Shown here: in pieces, positions 7,568 through 15,590 of the stretch
Layout: every line of letters starts with the position of its first letter
Numbering within the stretch: the first letter of the stretch is position 1
Origin: Candidatus Sysuimicrobiota bacterium
GTDB lineage: Bacteria; Sysuimicrobiota; Sysuimicrobiia; Sysuimicrobiales; Sysuimicrobiaceae
Length of the DNA: 45,085 nucleotides
Direction: 5' to 3'
NCBI GenBank assembly: GCA_040289515.1
Contig: PSLI01000014.1
Span: 1-45,085 of the forward strand
The notes under the pieces: generated by a model
What the model was told of the DNA's origin: nothing
The model's database searches: none
The model's input: the letters and a program-made list of their open reading frames with translations, nothing else
Program-made: the position numbers and the translations under genes

Positions 7568-8330
7568 CGCGATCCTGGACCGGCTGGGAACTGCCACCCT
7601 GCGGTGGCTAGAGGAGGTGGGGGCGGCTGTGGCTTTCGTGGCTCGCACCGCCCTCAGCCTGGCCCGCCTGCGTTGGGAGGGCCAGCAGGTGATCCTGCAA
7701 ATGAGCCGGGCGGGGGTGGACTCCGTGCCCCTGGTGCTCCTCACGGGCCTGTTCTCCGGAATGGTGCTGGCGTACCAGACAGCGAGCCAGCTGCTGCGGT
7801 TCGGCGCAGAGGGTTTCGTGGGCGGGCTGGTGGCGGTGTCCATAGCGCGGGAGGCCGCACCGGTGTTTACCGCGGTCACGGTGGCGGGCCGGGTGGGTGC
7901 GGGCTTCGCCGCGGAGCTGGGGACCATGGTGGTGACCGAGCAGGTGGATGCCCTGACGGTGATGGGTACGGACCCCCTGGAGTACCTGGTGGTGCCCCGC
8001 GCGGTGGCCCTGGTGTTCATGCTGCCCGTACTGGTGGTGCTGGCGAACGCCGTGGGCAGCGTGGGAGGCTACGTGGTGAGCGTGGCCGTGGGGGTGCCCG
8101 GAGCCGCATACGTGGACTCCGTCCGGCAGCTGCTGGACCTGCACGACCTCACAGGGGGTCTGGGGAAGTCCGCCGCGTTCGGGCTGCTGATCGCCCTGGT
8201 GGCCTGCCACAAGGGCCTGCGGGCCACCGGAGGTGCGGCGGGCGTGGGCCAGGCCACCACCGGCGCGGTGGTGGCGGCCATCGCGTGGATCCTGGCCGCC
8301 AACTACTTCCTGGACGTGCTGCTGTTCTGA
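7557..8330 (+). CDS. mlaE: MlaE family ABC permease
   Basis: GVDSVPLV, REAAPVFTAVTVAGRVGAGFAAELGTMVVTEQVDAL..MG.DPLEYLVVPR, GGAAGVGQATT. Confidence 0.95.
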   Translation: MIVNAILDRLGTATLRWLEEVGAAVAFVARTALSLARLRWEGQQVILQMSRAGVDSVPLVLLTGLFSGMVLAYQTASQLLRFGAEGFVGGLVAVSIAREAAPVFTAVTVAGRVGAGFAAELGTMVVTEQVDALTVMGTDPLEYLVVPRAVALVFMLPVLVVLANAVGSVGGYVVSVAVGVPGAAYVDSVRQLLDLHDLTGGLGKSAAFGLLIALVACHKGLRATGGAAGVGQATTGAVVAAIAWILAANYFLDVLLF

Positions 8331-9106
8331 TGGAGCTTACAGGCCGCGTGGAAGTACAGGACCTGTACAAGGACCTGGGCGGGCAGCCCGTCCTGCGGGG
8401 GATCTCCCTAGAGGTGGCCCCCGGTGAGGCGGTGGCCATCCTGGGCCCCAGCGGTTGCGGCAAGACGGTGTTCCTGCGCCACCTGGTAGGCCTGCTGGTC
8501 CCCGACCGAGGGGGGGTGCGGCTGGACGGGGAGACGTTGCACCGCCTCCCCCCGGCGCGGCTGCGCGAGATCCGTGCGCAGGTGGGGATGGTGTTCCAGG
8601 GGGCCGCGCTGCTGGACTCCCTCACGGTAGGGGAGAACGTGGCCTTCCCCTTGCGTCGACACCGGCGGGTTCCGGAATCCCGCCTCAAGGAGATCGTGGC
8701 GGAGAAGCTAAACCTGGTGGGTATGGGGGGCACGGAGGATCGGATGCCCGCTGAGCTCAGCGGCGGGATGCGCAAGCGCGTGGCCATCGCGCGCGCCCTG
8801 GCCCTGGACCCCAAGATTGTCCTGTACGACGAGCCCACCGCCGGCCTGGACCCGGTCACCGCCCGGGCGGTGGATCGGCTGATGACGGAAGTGCGGAGGA
8901 AGACGGGTACCACTACGGTGCTGGTGACGCATGACCTGCTTACCGCCTTCGCGGTGGCCGACCGGGTGGCGGTCATGGAGGCCGGCCGCTTCGTGGCACT
9001 GGGCCCCCGGGAGGCGGTGCGTGCGAACCCTCACCCCCTGGTGCAGGCCTTTCTGCGCAGCTCGGGGCTCGTCGGGCTCCCCCAGGAGGCGGACGGTGAA
9101 GCCTGA
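8330..9106 (+). CDS. mlaF: MlaF family ABC ATP-binding protein
   Basis: GPSGCGKT, ELSGGMRKRVAIARALALDP, LYDEPTAGLDP; ATG overlaps the mlaE TGA. Confidence 0.93.
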   Translation: MELTGRVEVQDLYKDLGGQPVLRGISLEVAPGEAVAILGPSGCGKTVFLRHLVGLLVPDRGGVRLDGETLHRLPPARLREIRAQVGMVFQGAALLDSLTVGENVAFPLRRHRRVPESRLKEIVAEKLNLVGMGGTEDRMPAELSGGMRKRVAIARALALDPKIVLYDEPTAGLDPVTARAVDRLMTEVRRKTGTTTVLVTHDLLTAFAVADRVAVMEAGRFVALGPREAVRANPHPLVQAFLRSSGLVGLPQEADGEA

Positions 9107-10499
9107 AGCGCGGGTGGGTCTGGTGGTGCTGGTGGCCGCGGTGCTGGTGGCTGGCCTGGTGGTGTTGTTGGGTCGGGGGCTGGTGCGGCCCGCGGGTTAC
9201 GAACTGTGGGTGGTGTTCCCCGACGCGGAGGGCCTCGCCGCGGGCAGTGCCGTTCGCATGGCAGGCGTGCAGATCGGGACCGTGGAGTCCCTGCGGCTCA
9301 CGGAGGATCACCGCGCGCAGGCGCGGGTGCGCATCCGGCCGGACGTCCGGGTACCCAGAGGGTCTACCTTCCGCGTGGCCACCAGCACCCTGCTCGGCAA
9401 CCGGTTCCTGGCGGTGGTACCCGGGCCCGGGCCGGAGTTCCTGGAGCCGGGGGAACGGGTTGAGGGGCAGCCTCCGTTTTCCGCAGACCGGGTGTTCCAG
9501 CAGGTGGAGGAGCTGTCCGCGGATCTGCGGCAGGCGGCGGCAGACGTGCGGCGCCTGGTGCGGGCAGCCCAGCAGCTGGTGGAGAACGTGGACGCCACGG
9601 TGACTGCCTTTCGCAGCGTGGTGACCGACCCCCGGCTGGGGGGGAATCTGGTGCGCGCCGCACAGCACGTGGAGGCCGCCGCCGCGGAGGTGGAGCGGGT
9701 GAGCGCGCAGGCAAGCCAGGACGTGCGCGCCACCACCCGCGACCTGCGGCAGCTGGCGGAACACCTGCGGGAGGCCGCGCGGGGTGTGCGGGGCTTCGTG
9801 GAGGACACCACCGCGGGCGCGGAACTCAGCGGCCGCATCCGAAGGACGGCGGCGTCGGTGGAGAGCCTCGCGCGGCGCCTGGACGAGATGGCCCGTACCC
9901 TGCAGGAAGGACTGGTGCGGGAGGACCAGCTGCGGGAGGTGCGGGGGCTGGTGCAGGACGCGCGTCGCGCGGTGCACCAGGCGGAGGTGGCGGCCCGGGA
10001 GGTGGGCAGTGCGGCACGCCGGGTGGGCGAGGCGGCAGAGCGCGCGGGCCCGCTGGTCGAGCGGGTGGGCAGCGTCCTGCGGGGCCCGGCAGGGATCCCG
10101 CTGCTGCCGAACCTGCAGCTCACCTACGAGCTGTCCTACGACACACGCACGCGGTTCCGCCACGACCTGGACCTGTGGGTGGCGCCGGACCAGCCCCGCT
10201 TCTACCGCATTGGGCTGCACGACGTGGGGCAGGGCAACTGGCTGAACCTGCAGGTGGGCTTCCGGCTGTCGGAGGCGTTGAGCTGGCGGGCCGGCATCCT
10301 TCAATCCCAGGTGGGTGCGGGGCTGGACTACCGGCCCGGGGCGGAGTGGTGGTTCACCCTGGACCTGTACAACTTCAACCGCCTGACGCTGGACGTGTCC
10401 GGGTACTACGGGTGGGCGCCCCAGTGGGCGGTGGGGTTGCACGTGCGGGATGCTTTGCAGTCTCCTTCCTACGGCCTGGGGGTACGCTACCGGTTCTGA
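9096..10499 (+). CDS. mlaD: MlaD/MCE protein with a long helical region and a C-terminal beta-barrel-like domain
   Basis: N-terminal TM (EARVGLVVL), MCE motif (F.DAEGL..GS.VRMAGVQIG.V), about 200 aa Ala/Glu/Arg helical stretch, aromatic alternating strands ending YGLGVRYRF; GTG after AGGAGG. Confidence 0.9.
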   Translation: MKPEARVGLVVLVAAVLVAGLVVLLGRGLVRPAGYELWVVFPDAEGLAAGSAVRMAGVQIGTVESLRLTEDHRAQARVRIRPDVRVPRGSTFRVATSTLLGNRFLAVVPGPGPEFLEPGERVEGQPPFSADRVFQQVEELSADLRQAAADVRRLVRAAQQLVENVDATVTAFRSVVTDPRLGGNLVRAAQHVEAAAAEVERVSAQASQDVRATTRDLRQLAEHLREAARGVRGFVEDTTAGAELSGRIRRTAASVESLARRLDEMARTLQEGLVREDQLREVRGLVQDARRAVHQAEVAAREVGSAARRVGEAAERAGPLVERVGSVLRGPAGIPLLPNLQLTYELSYDTRTRFRHDLDLWVAPDQPRFYRIGLHDVGQGNWLNLQVGFRLSEALSWRAGILQSQVGAGLDYRPGAEWWFTLDLYNFNRLTLDVSGYYGWAPQWAVGLHVRDALQSPSYGLGVRYRF

Positions 10500-10505
10500 A
10501 GGCAC

Positions 10506-10533
10506 CGGGGGTGCCGGAAGCCCGGCACCCCCG
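10506..10533. terminator. 12-bp perfect GC hairpin between convergent genes
   Basis: CGGGGGTGCCGG-AAGC-CCGGCACCCCCG; no U-tract on either side, so the terminator role is inferred from position. Confidence 0.6.
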
Positions 10534-10553
10534 AGACCTCGGTACCGCCCGCG

Positions 10554-10643
10554 TTACCGCTTCTTGCGGGCGGCCTTCTTCGCCGTCTTCTTGGCGGAGG
10601 TCTTCTTGGCGGTGGCCTTCTTGGCCGCCTTCTTCGCCGCCAT
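10554..10643 (-). CDS. 29-aa Lys/Ala-rich histone-H1-tail-like micro-protein
   Basis: MAAKKAAKKATAKKTSAKKTAKKAARKKR*; strong AAGGAGGT upstream; all 12 Lys codons are AAG; followed by the hairpin. Confidence 0.75.
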   Translation of the reverse strand: MAAKKAAKKATAKKTSAKKTAKKAARKKR

Positions 10644-10729
10644 GGCTCGGTACCTCCTTTCCTATGGTTTGTGGTACCCTTACACGCGCGCGGCGGGAAC
10701 TCCTGCCGGCAGGCGAAAAATTTCTCGCG

Positions 10730-11755
10730 CTAGCCGCCCACCGCGGCGCGCAATGCCCGCACAGCGTGCTCCACATCCTCGTCGTTCACGTGCCGGTGGG
10801 TCACGAACCGAAGGGTGCGGGCGTCCAAGGCCAAGGCCAGCACACCGCTTGCCCGCAGGCGCTCCATCACCGCGGGCGCGTTCGCGACCCGGGCCAGGAC
10901 GATGTTGGTGTGCACGCGGGCCAGGTCCACCTCCACCCCGGGGATGCGTGCCAGACCCTCCGCCAGGGCCCTCGCGCGGCGGTGGTCCTCCGCCAGGCGA
11001 TGCATCATTTCCCGCAGCGCCACCAGCCCTGCCGCGGCCAGCACTCCTACCTGCCGCATGCCGCCGCCCACCGCCTTGCGCCACCGCCTTGCCCGCTCCA
11101 CGAACTCCTCCGACCCGCACAGCACGGAGCCCGCCGGCGCACTGAGCCCCTTGGAGAGGGACACCATCACGCTGTCCACGCCGGAGGCCAACTCCGCGGC
11201 CGAGGTGCCCAGAGCGACCGCGGCGTTCCACAGCCGTGCCCCATCCAGGTGCACCCACAGCCCCCGGGCGTGCGCCCACCGCACCACCGCCGCGGTACGC
11301 TCCGGCCCGTACGCCACACCTCCCGCCCGGTTGTGGGTGTTCTCCAGCCACACCAGGCGTACCCGCGGATGGTGGACGTCCGCGGGGACCACAGCACCCT
11401 CCAGCTCCTCCGGGGTGGGGTGGCCGTCCTGCGTCCGGATCGGGTAGGGGAACACGCCCGCCAGGGCGGATAGCCCTCCGGACTCGTAGTGCAGCAGGTG
11501 GGCCTCCGCATCCGCCAGCACTGCGTCCCCGCGGTCGCAGTGGGTCAGCACCGCCACCAGATTGGCCATGGTGCCGCTGGCGCAGAACAGCCCCGCGGAC
11601 TTGCCCAGCAGGTGCGCGGTGGTGGCCTCTAGCTCCGCCACCGTGGGATCTTCCCGGAACACGTCGTCTCCCACCCGTGCCCCGGCCATGGTCTCCCGCA
11701 TCCGCTCCGTGGGATGGGTGACGGTGTCGCTGCGCAAATCCACAGTCCGATCCAC
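10730..11755 (-). CDS. ltaE: Low-specificity L-threonine aldolase (PLP)
   Basis: VDLRSDTVT.PT, VGDDVFREDPTV, SGTMANL, LENTHN, HLDGARLWNA, SKGLSAP.GS, GGGMRQVG. Confidence 0.93.
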   Translation of the reverse strand: MDRTVDLRSDTVTHPTERMRETMAGARVGDDVFREDPTVAELEATTAHLLGKSAGLFCASGTMANLVAVLTHCDRGDAVLADAEAHLLHYESGGLSALAGVFPYPIRTQDGHPTPEELEGAVVPADVHHPRVRLVWLENTHNRAGGVAYGPERTAAVVRWAHARGLWVHLDGARLWNAAVALGTSAAELASGVDSVMVSLSKGLSAPAGSVLCGSEEFVERARRWRKAVGGGMRQVGVLAAAGLVALREMMHRLAEDHRRARALAEGLARIPGVEVDLARVHTNIVLARVANAPAVMERLRASGVLALALDARTLRFVTHRHVNDEDVEHAVRALRAAVGG

Positions 11756-11758
11756 AGG

Positions 11759-12052
11759 TCACTCCGTCCATTCGCCGCGGGAGGCCTGATACAGGCCGAT
11801 GCCCCTGCCCGCGATGGCCGAGGCCAGGTAGCCCAGCAGGAACAGGAAGATCGCCTTCAGGACCAGGACCAAGGCCAGCCCCATGTCCGGACCTCCCTGA
11901 GCGGGGCGGGCCACCTGGTGGAAAGCGCTGCCGCTGAGCTCCGCGTACGCCACGTAGAACACGAACAGCAACAGCACCACCCCCACCACGAACACCGCCA
12001 GCCCCAGGGTGCGTCCGGGCGCGTCGGGTTTCCTCACCGCCGTGGGCTCCAT
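11759..12052 (-). CDS. Small two-TM membrane protein, unknown function
   Basis: 97 aa with two hydrophobic helices, GAGGTG RBS, tightly packed between mtnP and ltaE. Confidence 0.75.
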   Translation of the reverse strand: MEPTAVRKPDAPGRTLGLAVFVVGVVLLLFVFYVAYAELSGSAFHQVARPAQGGPDMGLALVLVLKAIFLFLLGYLASAIAGRGIGLYQASRGEWTE

Positions 12053-12086
12053 GGTCGTTTCACCTCTTGCAGGATGTTCTGCCCGC

Positions 12087-12887
12087 CTACCCCACCCGCG
12101 CGTGGTCCAGGGCGTGGGGACAGACCGGGCAGGTGTTGGTCTCCGGCAGCCGTGCGATGCTTTCCAGGATCAGGTCGCGCAGCTTGGCGTTGTTAGCCGC
12201 GAACTGCCGCATGACCTCCTCCGCGGTGACGGGGGTAGCGGTGGGATCTCCCGCCACGCCCACGTCGTAGTCCGTCACTAGGGAAATGTTCGCGTAGCAC
12301 AGGGCCAGCTCCCGGGCCAGGTGGGCCTCGGGGTACTGGGTCATGTTGATCACCTCCCAGCCCTGCGAGCGGAACCACCGGCTTTCTGCCCGTGTGGAGA
12401 AGCGCGGGCCCTGGATCACGACCACGGTCCCGCGTTCGTGCAGGGGTAGCCCTTGCGCCCGCGCCACCTGCGCCACCAGGGTACGCAGGGTAGGACAATA
12501 GGGGTCTGCGGCGCTCACGTGGGTGGTGACCGGGCCGTCGTAGAAGGTGTCCGCGCGGCCGGAGGTGCGGTCCACGAACTGGTCGCACAGCACAAAGTCC
12601 CCGGGCCGCACATGCGGCTGCAAGCTTCCCACCGCGCAGGGGCCGAACAGCCACCGCACCCCCAGCTGCTTCATGGCCCACACGTTGGCCCGGTAGTTGA
12701 TGCGGTGGGGCGGGATGGTGTGACCCCGGCCGTGGCGGGCCAGGAAGGCCACCCGCTTGGTACCCACCCGCCCGATGGTGACCACGTCGCTGGGAGGGCC
12801 GTAGGGGGTGTCCACCTTGTGCTCCTCCACCTCGTCCAACAGCCGGTAGAAGCCGGACCCACCAAACACGCCCACGTCCGCCTGCAT
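12087..12887 (-). CDS. mtnP: S-methyl-5'-thioadenosine phosphorylase
   Basis: GVFGGSGFY, TPYGPPSD, FLARHG..H..PPH.INYRAN, GPRFSTRAES, VINMT, VTDYD; start ATG 12887 after GGAGG. Confidence 0.93.
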   Translation of the reverse strand: MQADVGVFGGSGFYRLLDEVEEHKVDTPYGPPSDVVTIGRVGTKRVAFLARHGRGHTIPPHRINYRANVWAMKQLGVRWLFGPCAVGSLQPHVRPGDFVLCDQFVDRTSGRADTFYDGPVTTHVSAADPYCPTLRTLVAQVARAQGLPLHERGTVVVIQGPRFSTRAESRWFRSQGWEVINMTQYPEAHLARELALCYANISLVTDYDVGVAGDPTATPVTAEEVMRQFAANNAKLRDLILESIARLPETNTCPVCPHALDHARVG

Positions 12888-12941
12888 GCCGCACACCTCC
12901 ACGGGCAAACGAAGTTCGACGTGCAGCAGGCGGAGCCCTTG

Positions 12942-15590
12942 CTACGGCCCCGTGCGTTTCAGGCGGGCCACGTAGAGCCGCGCCCGGCGCTCGGTGTCAA
13001 GATCCGGGGGTGGCCCGGCCCGCGGGAGCCAGCGATCCGCCTGTGCGTACCACGTATCCGCGGGCGAGGGTGCCCGGCGGCCCAACCCTGCGGCCACCAG
13101 GTGCGCCAGGGCGGGCAGCCGCCGGGCCACCAGCTCCACCAGGAACAACACGAGGCTCGCGGTGAGCAGGGGGGGCCACACACCCGCGGGCTGGCGCGCC
13201 TGGGAGGGCACGGCGAAAACCTCTGCGGGGGCCCGTACCACCCGGCCTCCCCCGGCTTCGCTCACCCGGCTCAACAGAGTCAAGTCCGGCTTCCGCTCGC
13301 GCAGCTCCGGCGGGTAGGGCACCACCACCGGCAGCCGGGCTGAACCTACCACCTGCCCTCCGTCCCAGGCGGTGACCGCCACCGTGTACAGCCCGTTGAG
13401 TTGCAGGTTCACCTCCGACTCGTACCACCCCGAGCCTGTCTGCTGCAAGCTCAGGTGCCGCACGGGCTCGGGTCCGGAGATAGTCGCCTGCACCCTCAGG
13501 CCGTCCAGGTAATCCCCCTTCCGGTCGCGGGCATCGACCCGTAGCCGCAGCCGCGCTCCCTGCAGCTCCGCGCGGGCATCCAAAATGTCGTCCCCTGGAC
13601 GCGAGGCCCACCGCACCACCTGGGACCAGAACCGCGCAAATCCGGGCCACGACTGCCACTCCACCGACCAACGGGGCACCGCGTCGGAGGTGAAGGCCAC
13701 CGCCCGGCCCAGGCCAAATTGCCAGCTGGCCAGCACGGGATCCTTGTGGGGCGACAAAAGCTCGATGCGAGCACCGGGCTTGCTGCTGGTGGCCACGTAC
13801 CCCCGCAGCGCCGGCACGGGGCCCACGCCCGCCAGCAGCTCCCCGGGCTGCCGCTGCGGCACGAACCGCTCCTCCACCAGGTACGAGCGGGCTGAGATCA
13901 GGGCCTCGCTCACGAAGATCTGCGGCAGCGCCTGGGTGTCCCGGACCACGTAGTGCCGGCCCCCGCCCCAGCGGCTGAGGCTCGCCATGAAGCTCAGGTC
14001 CGCGTCCTTGCCCACGGACACCGTGCTGACGGTGATGCGCTCGGCCCGCATCCTGCGCACCAGCCGCTCGAAGTCGCCCGGGTCCGTCTGGCCGTCCGAC
14101 AGGACGATCACGTGCTTCCCCTGCGCGTTCGCGGCCCGCAGAGCCTCGTAGGCGGCCCGCAAAGCCGGCAGTAGGTCCGTGCCGCCGCCCGCCCGGAGCC
14201 GGGCCACCTGCGATACGATCCCCTCCCGGTCCTGTGCGGGCACGAGCGGGACGAGCCACCGGTAGCCCTGGTCGAACTGCAGCACGCCCACCAGGTCCTG
14301 CTCGCCCAGCAGGTCCACCACGGAACGCGCCACTTCCTTGGCCAGCTCCACCTTGGCGGTTTCCGACCCCACGCCGCCCATGCTGCCCGAGGTGTCCAGG
14401 ACCAGCACCAGGGCCATGCTGGGCAGCGCCATCCGGTGCTGCACCACCATGACCACGGGCAGCACCTCCTCCAGGGGCGTACGGGCGTAGCCACCCACTC
14501 CAAAGCTGTGCGGACCTCCCACCACCACCAGCCCTCCACCCAGGTCCCGCACGTAGTCCCGCAGGGCCTCCATCTGGGGACGCACCAGCCCCAGGGCGGA
14601 AACGTCCTCCAGCACCACCGCGTGGTAGCGCGCCAGGTCCGCGGCGTGGCCGGGAAGTCGGTACGGCGGAATCCGCTCCACGACCCAGCCCTGGGCGCGC
14701 AGCAGGTCCGCCACCTGCCCCTGGCCCGCGTACAACACCCGTGGCGGTCCTTCCACGAGCACCACCGCACGGCCCACGTTGTTCTCCGCCACGAAGTCGT
14801 GCTGAGCGCGGATGCGTACCCGCACGTCCAGCCACCCAGGCCGCGACACCGGCACGGAAAAGCGCACCACCGTACGCCCGGCCCTTGCCTGCACCGTGCG
14901 GCGCTGCAGGGGCCTGTCCTGCACCTGCAGCTCCACGTCCACGGGCTGCGTCACGTCGGAGCGCACGACCACGCCCACCGGCACCCGCTCTCCCACGCTC
15001 GCCGCAGAAGGCGCGAGGACCTCCTCCACCACCACCTCGGGGCCCTGGAAAGACACTAGCGGCACCACGTCTACCTCTACCCCTGCCGCACGGGCCTCCC
15101 GGGCCGCCTCCACCGCCTCGCCCGCGAGGTCGGCGCCGTCGCTGAGCACCACCACACGGCGCACGCCTGCACCGTGCAGCAAAGAAGCGCTGAGGCGGAT
15201 GGCGGCGCCCACGTCCGTGTGATAGGGGGCCGGCCTCTGGGTGGGCCGCAGGTCGGCCGCCTCCGAAGGTGCCCGTTCCGCCACCGCCTCCCCTCCGAAG
15301 GTCACCAGACCCACGCGGTCTTCCTTGCCCCGGTGGCGCAGGGCCTCCTGCAGGAAGCGTTCCGCCCAGCGGGACTGCTCCGGGAGGACGCTGTCGGAAC
15401 GGTCGAGGGCGAACACCACCTGCACCGGCGGCCTGCCGCCTGGCACCTGCAAGCCGGCAAGCGCCAGCACCGCAAGGGCCAGGCTGGCCGCCCGCAGCGC
15501 GGCGAGGGCGCGGCCGGCCCGCATCTGCCGGCGCCAGACCCACGGCACCAGGGCCAGGAGCACCAGCGCCCACGGCCAACTCACCCGCAT
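12942..15590 (-). CDS. Membrane-anchored protein with two VWA domains and a glutamine-amidotransferase-like domain (882 aa)
   Basis: N-terminal TMs, MIDAS motifs LDRSDSV and LDTSGSM, GGGLVVVGGPHSFGVGGYARTPLEEVLPV, WQFGLGRAVAFTSD, C-terminal TM; ATG overlaps the upstream TGA. Confidence 0.85.
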   Translation of the reverse strand: MRVSWPWALVLLALVPWVWRRQMRAGRALAALRAASLALAVLALAGLQVPGGRPPVQVVFALDRSDSVLPEQSRWAERFLQEALRHRGKEDRVGLVTFGGEAVAERAPSEAADLRPTQRPAPYHTDVGAAIRLSASLLHGAGVRRVVVLSDGADLAGEAVEAAREARAAGVEVDVVPLVSFQGPEVVVEEVLAPSAASVGERVPVGVVVRSDVTQPVDVELQVQDRPLQRRTVQARAGRTVVRFSVPVSRPGWLDVRVRIRAQHDFVAENNVGRAVVLVEGPPRVLYAGQGQVADLLRAQGWVVERIPPYRLPGHAADLARYHAVVLEDVSALGLVRPQMEALRDYVRDLGGGLVVVGGPHSFGVGGYARTPLEEVLPVVMVVQHRMALPSMALVLVLDTSGSMGGVGSETAKVELAKEVARSVVDLLGEQDLVGVLQFDQGYRWLVPLVPAQDREGIVSQVARLRAGGGTDLLPALRAAYEALRAANAQGKHVIVLSDGQTDPGDFERLVRRMRAERITVSTVSVGKDADLSFMASLSRWGGGRHYVVRDTQALPQIFVSEALISARSYLVEERFVPQRQPGELLAGVGPVPALRGYVATSSKPGARIELLSPHKDPVLASWQFGLGRAVAFTSDAVPRWSVEWQSWPGFARFWSQVVRWASRPGDDILDARAELQGARLRLRVDARDRKGDYLDGLRVQATISGPEPVRHLSLQQTGSGWYESEVNLQLNGLYTVAVTAWDGGQVVGSARLPVVVPYPPELRERKPDLTLLSRVSEAGGGRVVRAPAEVFAVPSQARQPAGVWPPLLTASLVLFLVELVARRLPALAHLVAAGLGRRAPSPADTWYAQADRWLPRAGPPPDLDTERRARLYVARLKRTGP

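Noticed and set aside
10557..10640. TTCTT-periodic repeats as a CRISPR array or VNTR
   Set aside because: The 12-15 bp period is explained by AAG AAG codons; there are no spacers or cas genes.
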